Shown here one piece after another: positions 29,518 to 38,640 of a stretch of DNA of 64,000 bases. A model generated the notes under the pieces. It did no database searches, had not been told where the DNA came from, and saw nothing but the letters and a program-made list of their open reading frames with translations. The stretch covers positions 122,622-186,621 of the forward strand of contig JACQHJ010000002.1 of the NCBI GenBank assembly GCA_016199085.1, read 5' to 3'. The stretch comes from Candidatus Levyibacteriota bacterium. GTDB taxonomy: Bacteria; Patescibacteriota; Microgenomatia; Levybacterales; UBA12049. The position numbers were made by a program, and so were the translations under genes. How positions within the stretch are numbered: the first letter of the stretch is position 1; each line of letters begins with the position of its first letter.

Positions 29518-30671
29518 GATCTAAAATAGTCATTGATATTATCAATATTTACACAAATACTAATTCTTACAAACCTTCTCCCGTTTTTTCCAAAAGCAGT
29601 ACCCGGTGTAAAAAGTATTTGTTTTTCTTCGAGAAGTTTATTAACAAACTCCTCTGAGTTTTTTTCATTATCTGGAATTTTTGCCCAAATATATAGTCCT
29701 GCTTTAGGTAAAATAAAAGTAAGCCCAAGTTTTCTCAAATGGTTTGCAATTAGATCTCTTCTTTTTTTATAACTTTCAAGCATTTGCTTGTTCCAGGTTT
29801 TATCAAAATTAGTTAGGGCAAAAGCGCCAAGTTTTTGAAGAGGAATAGAAAGGCCTGAATCCATTTGTGATTTCACTTTGGAAATTGCTCGAATAATATC
29901 TTTATTTCCGACAATCCATCCCATTCTAAAACCAGCAAAGGAGAATGTTTTAGAAAAAGAACCAATTTCAACAGCTATGTCTTTTGCTTCCTCTATTTCT
30001 AAAATACTTGGTGCCCTAAAGCCCTCAAACGTAAGTTCCGAATAGGCATTGTCGTAAACAATAAAAATATTATTTTGTTTTGCAAACTTCACTATTTTTA
30101 GTAAGTCCTCTCTACTTGCAACCTGTCCAGTTGGGTTTGAAGGAAAGTTAACCCACATAAATTTTGTTTTAGGAGAAAGTTTATTTTTTAATATATTAAA
30201 ATTAATTTTAAAACCATCTTCTTCTCTTAAAGAATATGCGATTGGTTTTGCTCCAATCATTAATGCAGGATCTCTAAATGCCGGGTATCCAGGATCAGGA
30301 ATGAGCACCTCTTGACCATTGTCCAAAAGAGCAAGAGGCAAATGACTAATTCCATCTTTTGCTCCTAACAACGGAAGAAGCTCTTCCTTGCCTATGGACA
30401 CATTAAACCTTTTTTTGTACCACCAAATTAACGCATTGGAGAACTCTTCTATTGCACCATAACCGGGATATAAGTGTGCGTCATTTTGGTTAATAAACTC
30501 ACTAAGTTTTCTGATATATAGATTGCTTGGTTTTATGTCAGGTGTTCCTGGCCCAAAGTTTAAAACTTTTCTTTTTGCCTTTTTCTCAACCTCCACCCTC
30601 TTTTTAGCAAGGCTTGCATGGATATACTCTGAAAATAAATCCAATCTTTTTGCCTGTTTTGTTGTGTTCAT
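29514..30671 (-). CDS. Class I/II pyridoxal-phosphate aminotransferase (aromatic/prephenate aminotransferase candidate).
   Basis: SFSKTFSFAGFRMGW contains the PLP-binding Lys. ATGA overlap with the downstream tyrA-pheA gene. Confidence 0.8.
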   Translation of the reverse strand: MNTTKQAKRLDLFSEYIHASLAKKRVEVEKKAKRKVLNFGPGTPDIKPSNLYIRKLSEFINQNDAHLYPGYGAIEEFSNALIWWYKKRFNVSIGKEELLPLLGAKDGISHLPLALLDNGQEVLIPDPGYPAFRDPALMIGAKPIAYSLREEDGFKINFNILKNKLSPKTKFMWVNFPSNPTGQVASREDLLKIVKFAKQNNIFIVYDNAYSELTFEGFRAPSILEIEEAKDIAVEIGSFSKTFSFAGFRMGWIVGNKDIIRAISKVKSQMDSGLSIPLQKLGAFALTNFDKTWNKQMLESYKKRRDLIANHLRKLGLTFILPKAGLYIWAKIPDNEKNSEEFVNKLLEEKQILFTPGTAFGKNGRRFVRISICVNIDNINDYFRS

Positions 30672-30673
30672 AA

Positions 30674-30949
30674 TTATTTTTCTTCACTTTCTATAGTAAG
30701 TGAATTTTTATGAATAAGTGTATATAGGTTTTTAATAAAGTCTTTGTCAAGATTTAAAGATTTTGCAATTAATATTCTTGATTCTAAAACCTCTTCCCAT
30801 CTTTTTTGATCAAGAGGCTTAATATTATTTTTTCTTTTAAGTTTTCCGATCTTTCGTACAACGCTTGCCCTTTTTGCCACGACAGATAAGAGTTCCCTAT
30901 CAATTTCGTCTATTTCCTTCCTTAATTTTTTTAACATAATTTTATTCAT
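30674..30949 (-). CDS. Chorismate mutase, AroQ class.
   Basis: 91 aa. LRKEIDEIDRELLSVVAKR...K...R matches the CM_2 helical pattern. Confidence 0.8.
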   Translation of the reverse strand: MNKIMLKKLRKEIDEIDRELLSVVAKRASVVRKIGKLKRKNNIKPLDQKRWEEVLESRILIAKSLNLDKDFIKNLYTLIHKNSLTIESEEK

Positions 30950-31707
30950 TAAATTCTTACCGCCTGGTCAAACTGATCCCAAGAAAGTTGTTGTAATTTA
31001 TCTGTCCAAGCTTCTTCTGGATTTGGATGAACCTCTATCATTAAGCCATCAAATCCTACACCGTTAATATTAAATTCTTGTGCTTGTTTTATGACATCTA
31101 ACACTTTTTCCCTAGTCCCACCCATATGTGATGGGTCAATTAACATGGGTAGTCCCGTTTCGGCTTTAACCTGCATAGCCATTTCGAAATCGGGATTATT
31201 TCTAAGACCATTTGTTCCAGGCGAAAAACCCCTATGACATAAAATTATTTGAGAAGAGTCTCCGCTACCGTTTACTACATGATCTACGATTCCTAACCAG
31301 TGTGATAAGTCTGGCCATGGTTGATTTTTGATTAGAACCTTCACGTGTCTCTCCCCTTTTGCGATTTCTCCGATGTGACGCTGAATTAAATGATTTTGAT
31401 TTCTTGAGCCAATCCAAATCAATACGTCTTTTCCTAAACCACCGGCAATCCTGTTCACCACTTGTTCAGCATTGCTTTCATTTAATACTTCTGTTGCAGG
31501 AGTTAAACCAAGTTGCGTAACCTCCTCAAGCCAGCTAATACCTGCTTCTTGTACTCCGTCAAATTCGGGTCTTGTTCTAGGTTTCCATAAACTTGCCCTA
31601 ACTATTTCAACACCGCGCTCTTTCGCCATGATGGCTGAAGCAAGAACTTGACTTCGCGATTCAGCGGCACACGGTCCTGCAATTATCATTCTATTTCTTT
31701 CAATCAT
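30949..31707 (-). CDS. DAHP synthase, type I-beta (KDO8PS-like fold).
   Basis: IIAGPCAAES, KPRTRP, DPSHMGG and LMIEVHPNP motifs. AGGAG ribosome-binding site 7 nt upstream of the ATG. Confidence 0.8.
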   Translation of the reverse strand: MIERNRMIIAGPCAAESRSQVLASAIMAKERGVEIVRASLWKPRTRPEFDGVQEAGISWLEEVTQLGLTPATEVLNESNAEQVVNRIAGGLGKDVLIWIGSRNQNHLIQRHIGEIAKGERHVKVLIKNQPWPDLSHWLGIVDHVVNGSGDSSQIILCHRGFSPGTNGLRNNPDFEMAMQVKAETGLPMLIDPSHMGGTREKVLDVIKQAQEFNINGVGFDGLMIEVHPNPEEAWTDKLQQLSWDQFDQAVRI

Positions 31708-31734
31708 ATTTATCTCCTTTCAAAATTTGACAAC

Positions 31735-31860
31735 AAAAAAACCTCCCGTTCGGGAGGTCTAATTTTTGCTTTTCAGCAATACGTTACCTCCCGGTTAGGG
31801 ATGTAAAGTAGAAATAAAAAGCTGCAAATTTATTCATCTCCAATAATATATCATATCATC
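31735..31860 (-). promoter_or_regulatory. Ribosome-mediated transcription attenuator upstream of the aro/phe operon (leader peptide, antiterminator, terminator).
   Basis: Terminator CCUCCC-GAAC-GGGAGG plus U7 lies 17 nt before the AGGAG/ATG of the DAHP synthase. An upstream CCGGGAGG copy (31787-31794) can pair with the 5' arm of the terminator. Confidence 0.6.
31784..31837 (-). CDS. Phe/Tyr-rich leader peptide MNKFAAFYFYFTSLTGR.
   Basis: 17-codon ORF in the leader. Its UAA stop abuts the CCGGGAGG antiterminator strand. A 6-codon mini-ORF MIYYWR (31834-31854) ends in an overlapping ATGA. Confidence 0.55.
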   Translation of the reverse strand: MNKFAAFYFYFTSLTGR

Positions 31861-32043
31861 TTTTAAAACACAACGGTTATTTTGAAAATAATAAAGTATA
31901 ATCCAGTAAATAATTAAATGAATACAAAACTTGATCTAAAAAATATTTCCAGTTTTACCGAATAAATTTATTACTCAATTATGCTTCTAGCTATTTATTT
32001 TAACTACGGGCCTCCTCTTTTTCTAAAAACACATCTAATATCA

Positions 32044-32073
32044 TTGACTTTGGGATAGATTTCTTGGTACAAT
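32044..32073 (+). promoter_or_regulatory. Sigma70-like promoter for the efflux operon (TTGACT, 18-nt spacer, TACAAT).
   Basis: -35 at 32044-32049 and -10 at 32068-32073, about 37 nt before ATG 32110. Confidence 0.4.
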
Positions 32074-32109
32074 CTTCCCCGCTGCCTCAAACTGCCTCTG
32101 TATTTATAT

Positions 32110-33594
32110 ATGAATAAGTTTATAAAAACTACAATTAATAAAGTTGTTAAAAAAGTTAAGAATTCTCTCTCTTTATCTAAAAAGAAAGTTTCCCCTTTTT
32201 ATAAAAGATTTATTATTTTTTCCAAAAGAAAGCCTATAACGGCTTTTTTAATGCTTTTGGCAGTCCTTTTCTCGTTAATAGTATTAAGCAATTTAATTAA
32301 CAGACCGGTGCCAGAGGTAGAAGAGGCGGGATTAACCACAAAAGACGTTTCAGTTTATACAATAGGTACTTCCCCCAAGATTAAAGTTCAGGCACAGGTA
32401 GAAAAATCCGGTGTAATTAAAATTGTTTCTTTGGGATCAGGCGTAGTCCAAGGTATTAATGTTTTTGTAGGACAACAGATATACAGGGGAACAAATCTTA
32501 TCTCCATGTCAACAAACTACCAGGGCGGAAACGCCTTCTCTTTGCAAAGACAACTTGCGCAAACCCAATATAAAAACGTTTTAGATACATACCAAGCCCA
32601 AAAAGACTTGATTGGAAAACAAAAAGAACTCGCAAATAAAAATGACGAAAATGCTGATGAGCTAAGAAGAATAGGAAGAGAGTCTTTGGATGATACAAGA
32701 GGACTTATAAATTTAAATAACGATATCTTAAATACTCTTTCTTTCAACCAATCCCAGTATGAGGCAACCAATTCAGGCGGAATGAATGATGCCCTGGTTT
32801 TACAAATGAAACAATTAAGGTCACAACTTTTAGCAGGAAATAACCAGCTTGAGTTAGCACTTAGAAATAGCGAGTATTCAACTTCCGATGATGAAGTTTT
32901 GGCAAATCTTTCAGATCTTGGAAAAGATATTGCGATAAGGCAACTTGATCTGCAGGAAAAAGCTTTGGATCTAAATAAGGAAGTATCAAGATTAAATGTA
33001 ATGCTGGCTCAAGTTAACGAAGCACTTATGTTTCCCTCGTCACCTGTCAACGGAGTTGTTGAAAGAATTTATGTAAGAGTTGGGCAAGTTCTAACCCCCG
33101 GAATGCCGATAGCCCAGGTTACCGGAGACAAAAGTTCATTAACGGCTACTGCATTTCTAAGTAGAGAAATAGCAGGATCGCTCTCGCAGGCTGAAATGTC
33201 CACTTTGTATTTTGGCAGTAAAACCTACGAGGAGGCACCTTTCTATGTATCGAAGGAGGCAACAGACGGAAGTCTGTATTCCGCACAGTTTAGTATTCCC
33301 GATGAATTTGCATCAGAGATTTCTGATAAAGGGTACATAACAATTGATATTCCTATTGGTTTCCCAAAGACAGGTTCGGCAGTTCCTTTTGTTCCCTTAG
33401 ACAGTATTTTCCAAACGCAAGATCAGGCTTTTGTCTATGTTGCAAAAGACCAGAAAGCGCAAAGCAAAAAAGTAATCTTAGGGCAAGTATTTGGAAGATT
33501 TGTAGAAATTGAGTCAGGTCTTTTGCCCTCAGATCAGGTAATTATAGACAGAAATGTCATTGAGGGAGACCCCGTCAGGATAGTCAAAAACTAA
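32110..33594 (+). CDS. Periplasmic adaptor / membrane-fusion protein (HlyD/AcrA-like).
   Basis: N-terminal TM helix. Long coiled-coil region. Beta-barrel C-terminus. Abuts the RND gene. Confidence 0.65.
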   Translation: MNKFIKTTINKVVKKVKNSLSLSKKKVSPFYKRFIIFSKRKPITAFLMLLAVLFSLIVLSNLINRPVPEVEEAGLTTKDVSVYTIGTSPKIKVQAQVEKSGVIKIVSLGSGVVQGINVFVGQQIYRGTNLISMSTNYQGGNAFSLQRQLAQTQYKNVLDTYQAQKDLIGKQKELANKNDENADELRRIGRESLDDTRGLINLNNDILNTLSFNQSQYEATNSGGMNDALVLQMKQLRSQLLAGNNQLELALRNSEYSTSDDEVLANLSDLGKDIAIRQLDLQEKALDLNKEVSRLNVMLAQVNEALMFPSSPVNGVVERIYVRVGQVLTPGMPIAQVTGDKSSLTATAFLSREIAGSLSQAEMSTLYFGSKTYEEAPFYVSKEATDGSLYSAQFSIPDEFASEISDKGYITIDIPIGFPKTGSAVPFVPLDSIFQTQDQAFVYVAKDQKAQSKKVILGQVFGRFVEIESGLLPSDQVIIDRNVIEGDPVRIVKN

Positions 33595-36500
33595 ATGAAG
33601 CATGCATCCTTCCTTACTCACCTAAGATTTGATAAAAAACTGGCTGATTCAGTTCAGGCGAAATATCTTCGCAATCCAAGACTCCTGGTTCTTATTCTGG
33701 CAATGATTTTTTCTTTTGGAATTTTCAGCTACTTCAATCTGCCAAGACGACTTTTTCCTGAAATTAAAATCCCGCTTGTTATAATCTCAACTCCTTTTCC
33801 AGGAGCTTCTCCATCCGAAGTTGAATCTTTGGTTACAGATCCCCTGGAAGATTCCCTAGGTTCGGTTTCCAATATTAAAACCTATACGTCTTCCTCAAGA
33901 GATTCGTTTTCGGTAATACAGGTTGAATTTAACAGCGGAGTTGATGCGGATAAAGCGGCAGGGGATGTAAAGACGGTTGTTGATAATGTCAGTATTCCTA
34001 AAGACGCAATTGATCCAACAACCACCAAAGTTGATTTTGAACAATTCCCTGTTTGGTCGTTTTCTTTAATAAGCAAAAGCGAGGATACAGCATCTTTAAT
34101 TGAATTTTCTAAAAGACTTAAAGACAGAATTGAGGAAATACCAACGGTTGACAGAGTCGGCATATCAGGTCTTGAAGAACAGGAAATCCAGATAACAATA
34201 AAACCCGAAAGCCTTTCAACTTACGGTTTTAATCCCCAGGTTTTAATGAGTGCAATCACAAATGCTACAAAGTCGCTTCCTGCAGGAACCGTCAGGACAG
34301 AAGCTTCTTCTTTTACTTTAAGCGTTGATCCTCTAATTTCAAGTATTGAGGATATTAGAGATATCAGAATTCATGTAAACGGAAGCATTGTTAATCTGTC
34401 AGATATTGCAACGGTCAGCTTTAGATCAAAACCAAATCAACTGCAAAGCTTTATAGCACAGCCTGGCCTTCCGGCAAGAATTGCCGTCAGTTTTTCCATA
34501 TTTAAAACTGCAAATGCGGATATAAGTAAAACCGTTGAAGTTGCAAGAGAGGAAATTAATTTAGCTCTTGGCGATTATGGAAACGAATTTTCCATTTTTA
34601 CAACATCTGATATTTCAGAGCAGATTGACAACCAGTTTAACGAGCTTATAAGGGATTTTATCGTAACCATTATTCTGGTCTTTATTGCTCTTTTAGTATT
34701 CTTAGGTATCAGGCAAGCAGTTGTCGCATCACTTTCAATTCCTTTAACTTTTTTAATAAGTTTTGGGATTATGAATATATTCGGAGTCGCTCTTTCTTTT
34801 ATTTCTTTTTTCTCGCTTTTACTGGCTTTGGGTCTGGTCGTTGACGATACAATTGTCGTTATTTCGGCAATGACAGCCTATTTTAGGTCCGGAAAATTCA
34901 CTCCCTTTCAGACAGGTCTTTTGGTCTGGAGGGATTTCATTACCCCGATTTTGACAACAACCTTAACAACGGTCTGGGCATTCGTTCCCCTGCTTTTATC
35001 AACAGGGATTATAGGAGAATTTATAAAACCAATTCCGATTGTCGTATCAACTACGCTTCTTGCTTCATTCTTGGTTGCCATGTTCATAACTCTTCCCATT
35101 GTCACTTTTCTTTTTAAACCAACTCTTCCCAAAAGAGTGGCGGTGCTTTTAATGGTAATTGCGATTTTTGTGATCTTTCTTTTTATTTTCGCAATTTCCC
35201 CAAAAAACATTCTGCTTTTGCCGATTTTAATTGCTTTAACAATTCTTTTGTTTACGACATACAAAGTAAAAGACGATTTGGTTGAAAAAGTTAAAGGTCA
35301 TGATTTTATCAAAAACAAAAATGTTAAATATTATTTAACGCACGGAATAATAAGTTTTGAACCATTGTCAATCCGCTACCAGCTTTTTATAAGAAAAATA
35401 TTATCCCACAAGAGGTGGGTTAAGATTACGGTTACATTGGTTGTCATTTTCTCAATCTTTTCCTATCTTTTAGTCCCCTTAGGGCTTGTTAAAAACGAAT
35501 TTTTCCCAAGGGAAAATGCCGAAACAGTAAGTATTACGGTAGAACTGCCTGCCGGAACAAATCTTGAAACTTCTAAAAAAGAAGCTTTGTCTATTTTGGA
35601 AAAATTGAGAAATGAAAAAGATGTTGAGACTGTTTCGGTTAATCTTGGCCAAGCTTCAGGAGTATTCGGTGAAGCAGCCGGAGCAACGGCTAATAGCTTT
35701 TTATACACACTTGTCTTAAAAGAGGAAAGAAGTCGCCAGTCTTCCCAAGTAACAAGGGATTTAAGAAAGGAGTTTAAAGATTATTCAAAAGGAAAGTTGT
35801 CAGTTCTTGAGCAAAGCGGCGGTCCCCCAGCCGGAGCAGATATCCAGATAAACATATCAGGCCCTGACTTGGCGGTTCTCGATGAGTATGCAGACAAGGT
35901 TATTACATATCTAAAATCACAACCGGGAACTGCAAACGTAGATAAATCAATTAAGCCCGGAACGAGTAAGATTGCATTTTCTCCCAACAGGCAGAAACTC
36001 TCAGAAAATTCCATAACGGCTGATCAAATTGGTTTTACCCTAAGGACATTTGCAAGCGGTTTTGAATTGGATTCCGTAAAGCTGGATCCCTCTTCAAACG
36101 AAGAGCAGGACATAACTTTAAGGTTTGTAAGCGGTGAGCAGTTTGTAGAAAGCATAAGCTCTTTAATGATTCCAACTCAAAGCGGGAACATTCCGCTTTT
36201 GTCCCTTGGAAGTTTAACTCTTGAGACAAGCCCAACTCTTATAACAAGGGAGGATGGAAAAAGGACTATTTCCGTAACAGCCTCTGTCGAAACAGGATAT
36301 GCGATTGCAGACGTTAATATGGATTTGCAAAATTATGCAAATACCGATTTTAATCTTCCAAGCGGTTACTTATGGAAAACAGGAGGAGTTAATGAGGAAA
36401 ACCAGGAATCTATAAATTCGGTTCTTATTGCAATGGTGGTCTCATTTGTCCTTATTTTAATAACAATGGTTTTACAGTTTAATTCATTTAGGAAAGCGTT

Positions 36501-36918
36501 TATCATTATTTTGGTTATTCCTTTGTCAATCTCCGGTGTATTTATAATTTTTGGTTTAACAAACACCTATCTTTCTTTTCCAGGATTGGTAGGCGTTTTG
36601 GCATTGTTTGGAATTGTTGTTAAAAATTCAATTTTGATTGTGGATAAAATCCAGGCAAACCAAAAAACCAAAATGAGCTTTGAAGAAGCAATAGCAGAAG
36701 GCGCCGCATCTAGACTTGAGCCGATTGCCTTAACGTCTCTTACGGCAATCTTGGGTCTAATTCCTATTACGATTTCAGACCCATTATGGAGAGGTTTAGG
36801 TGGAGCTATTATTGCTGGTCTTACTTTTAGTGGGACGATAATGCTTTTCTTTATACCTGTAGTTTATTTTCTGATATTTAGATCCTCTGCAAGAAAACAA
36901 CTATCTTCCAGAAGGTAA
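33595..36918 (+). CDS. RND-family efflux transporter (AcrB-like).
   Basis: 1107 aa. Twelve TM segments with two large loop domains. Architecture typical of AcrB/MMPL. Confidence 0.9.
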   Translation: MKHASFLTHLRFDKKLADSVQAKYLRNPRLLVLILAMIFSFGIFSYFNLPRRLFPEIKIPLVIISTPFPGASPSEVESLVTDPLEDSLGSVSNIKTYTSSSRDSFSVIQVEFNSGVDADKAAGDVKTVVDNVSIPKDAIDPTTTKVDFEQFPVWSFSLISKSEDTASLIEFSKRLKDRIEEIPTVDRVGISGLEEQEIQITIKPESLSTYGFNPQVLMSAITNATKSLPAGTVRTEASSFTLSVDPLISSIEDIRDIRIHVNGSIVNLSDIATVSFRSKPNQLQSFIAQPGLPARIAVSFSIFKTANADISKTVEVAREEINLALGDYGNEFSIFTTSDISEQIDNQFNELIRDFIVTIILVFIALLVFLGIRQAVVASLSIPLTFLISFGIMNIFGVALSFISFFSLLLALGLVVDDTIVVISAMTAYFRSGKFTPFQTGLLVWRDFITPILTTTLTTVWAFVPLLLSTGIIGEFIKPIPIVVSTTLLASFLVAMFITLPIVTFLFKPTLPKRVAVLLMVIAIFVIFLFIFAISPKNILLLPILIALTILLFTTYKVKDDLVEKVKGHDFIKNKNVKYYLTHGIISFEPLSIRYQLFIRKILSHKRWVKITVTLVVIFSIFSYLLVPLGLVKNEFFPRENAETVSITVELPAGTNLETSKKEALSILEKLRNEKDVETVSVNLGQASGVFGEAAGATANSFLYTLVLKEERSRQSSQVTRDLRKEFKDYSKGKLSVLEQSGGPPAGADIQINISGPDLAVLDEYADKVITYLKSQPGTANVDKSIKPGTSKIAFSPNRQKLSENSITADQIGFTLRTFASGFELDSVKLDPSSNEEQDITLRFVSGEQFVESISSLMIPTQSGNIPLLSLGSLTLETSPTLITREDGKRTISVTASVETGYAIADVNMDLQNYANTDFNLPSGYLWKTGGVNEENQESINSVLIAMVVSFVLILITMVLQFNSFRKAFIIILVIPLSISGVFIIFGLTNTYLSFPGLVGVLALFGIVVKNSILIVDKIQANQKTKMSFEEAIAEGAASRLEPIALTSLTAILGLIPITISDPLWRGLGGAIIAGLTFSGTIMLFFIPVVYFLIFRSSARKQLSSRR

Positions 36919-37728
36919 AGAGGCTACGTTATCTCCATGATAGATTCTTGCTGCTGCCAGGCCGGAAAGCCTGGAGAGTCCTGCAAAGAAAGCTAATTGA
37001 AGTTGGGGCCTTGTAATATTATGAGCAACAAGTTCAAAGCTTTTATCAGGCATGTCTCCATCTGGATTCAGCATTGCTGTGGTCACTCCTTCAATCTCAA
37101 GTCTTATCATATGTGGCGCAATGGCACTGGCTGTAAAATCTTGAGGATTCTTAGGTTTTTCGATTATGACCGAATACGCAGAATGCATAGAAGAAGCGAT
37201 TTCTTGTTCTATGCCTTGTTCTTGTCCGTTTTTTAAAACTTCCTCAAGCCATCTGGACATAGCAGGCCTAACTTCGGCTCCCACTGGCCATCTTGTTTCC
37301 TCTGGTCTACTCTGTCCAATATCTGCCAAAAGCAGTTGTGGTACATCTGCCTTCGATACTTTTTTGGGAGATCTGAAGGAGTCAAATAAAAATCTTAAAG
37401 TCCCAACCGTGTTATATATTCTTTCCCAATCTGTTCCCCTGTCGTTATACGAAGGAAGAGCGCAGATAAGTCTTATCCAACCTGGTGTTGGTCCTTCATG
37501 CTCGGTTAGGATTTCGCCGAATCCCCAACCTCTGTCAGGAGTAGGTAGAATGAAAGTTCCAGGAACTTCAAAATGTGCTCTTGACTGTCCATTTATTCCC
37601 TCTAAGTTAAAGTCTGCCGGAGTAGGAGCGACACTTTTATGGACGAAGATATCAACGCTGCCAGGTTGACTGTCGAGGTAGTCGAGGTAGTAATGAGCAG
37701 AACTGTCTGGGTGCTCGATTTTTGCCAC
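36901..37728 (-). CDS. Hypothetical protein; about 50% GC, clearly above background.
   Basis: 275-aa ORF with no recognised motif. Composition differs from the flanking genes. Confidence 0.4.
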   Translation of the reverse strand: MAKIEHPDSSAHYYLDYLDSQPGSVDIFVHKSVAPTPADFNLEGINGQSRAHFEVPGTFILPTPDRGWGFGEILTEHEGPTPGWIRLICALPSYNDRGTDWERIYNTVGTLRFLFDSFRSPKKVSKADVPQLLLADIGQSRPEETRWPVGAEVRPAMSRWLEEVLKNGQEQGIEQEIASSMHSAYSVIIEKPKNPQDFTASAIAPHMIRLEIEGVTTAMLNPDGDMPDKSFELVAHNITRPQLQLAFFAGLSRLSGLAAARIYHGDNVASLPSGR

Positions 37729-37762
37729 TGGAGGGGATTATAGCACAATCGTTTATGTCTTT

Positions 37763-38047
37763 TTAAGGGCTTTCTCCGTGTCCATTTTGGACTGCACGTT
37801 GCCTTCTGATAGCTTCGTATTCCAAGAGTGTAAGATCCGAAAGGGAAATACCACGAGTTTCTCCCGGGATAGGTTGAGGGAAAGTTATTATAGTAGTAGG
37901 ATTATCTCCCCTAGTCTCTCTCAGCCTGCTAAGCGTAGCTCGTCGCAAAATCATAAAGTCAACACAGGAAACAGGCCTTACATCTCCCGGAATAGCTCTG
38001 GGAGGCGGTGGTATGCTTGGCTGGCGTTGATCTTCATGGTTTGCCAT
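37763..38047 (-). CDS. Hypothetical Pro/Arg-rich protein; higher GC.
   Basis: 94-aa ORF: QRQPSIPPPPRAIPG.... Confidence 0.3.
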   Translation of the reverse strand: MANHEDQRQPSIPPPPRAIPGDVRPVSCVDFMILRRATLSRLRETRGDNPTTIITFPQPIPGETRGISLSDLTLLEYEAIRRQRAVQNGHGESP

Positions 38048-38098
38048 AAAGAAACAATATAAAGCTTATGGTATTTTATGTCAAAGTCAGCAGTAGGA

Positions 38099-38440
38099 TT
38101 ATTTTACCGAGGCGACTATTTTTTTAAATGTTTCTGGGTCATTTAAAACCAAATCGGAAAGTATTTTCCTATCAAGCTCGATTTTAGCTTTCTTTAGGTT
38201 ACTTATAAAAACGCTGTATGAGACTCCTTCTTTTTTGGCTGCCTCACCTATTCTTACTATCCACAAAGCCCTAATATCTCTTTTCTTAAGTTTCCTGCCA
38301 TGAAATGCATATGCGCCGGCATGAAGCGCTGCTTGTTTTTGAGTTCTGACAAGCCTATGCTTAGTACCCCTGTAGCCTTTTGTAAGGCTTGCAAGCTTAT
38401 TATGTTTTCTTTTTGATACAATTCCTCGTTTTACTCTCAT
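38099..38440 (-). CDS. rplT: 50S ribosomal protein L20.
   Basis: MRVKRGIVSKRKHNKL...GYRG...RDIRALWIVRI matches the L20 pattern. Confidence 0.95.
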   Translation of the reverse strand: MRVKRGIVSKRKHNKLASLTKGYRGTKHRLVRTQKQAALHAGAYAFHGRKLKKRDIRALWIVRIGEAAKKEGVSYSVFISNLKKAKIELDRKILSDLVLNDPETFKKIVASVK

Positions 38441-38442
38441 TT

Positions 38443-38640
38443 TTAGTTTTCTCCTAACATTTTCTTGATCTTTTTGGCAAATCTTTTCTTTAATACTCCT
38501 GTTTCCTTTTGTCTTCTGATTCTAGACTTTGATTTATGGAGTTTTTTATGACTGCCGTATTGATGAGTAAATAAAACCTTACCGGTCTTTGTAACTTTAA
38601 ATCTTTTAGCAACAGATTTTCTAATTTTCAACTTTTTCAT
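38443..38640 (-). CDS. rpmI: 50S ribosomal protein L35.
   Basis: 65-aa Lys-rich protein: MKKLKIRKSVAKRFKVTKTGKV. Confidence 0.9.
   Translation of the reverse strand: MKKLKIRKSVAKRFKVTKTGKVLFTHQYGSHKKLHKSKSRIRRQKETGVLKKRFAKKIKKMLGEN

Noticed and set aside
30949-31707. KDO8P synthase (kdsA) instead of DAHP synthase
   Set aside because: The two share motifs, but the gene abuts chorismate mutase behind a Phe/Tyr attenuator. A secretin-less, probably monoderm envelope makes KDO synthesis unlikely. Some uncertainty is kept in the confidence value.
31708-32109. T-box riboswitch upstream of the aromatic operon
   Set aside because: No match to the conserved T-box sequence (AAUUAGGGUGGNACCGCG) in the right position relative to the terminator. 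The Phe/Tyr-rich leader peptide with its stop at the antiterminator explains the structure better.
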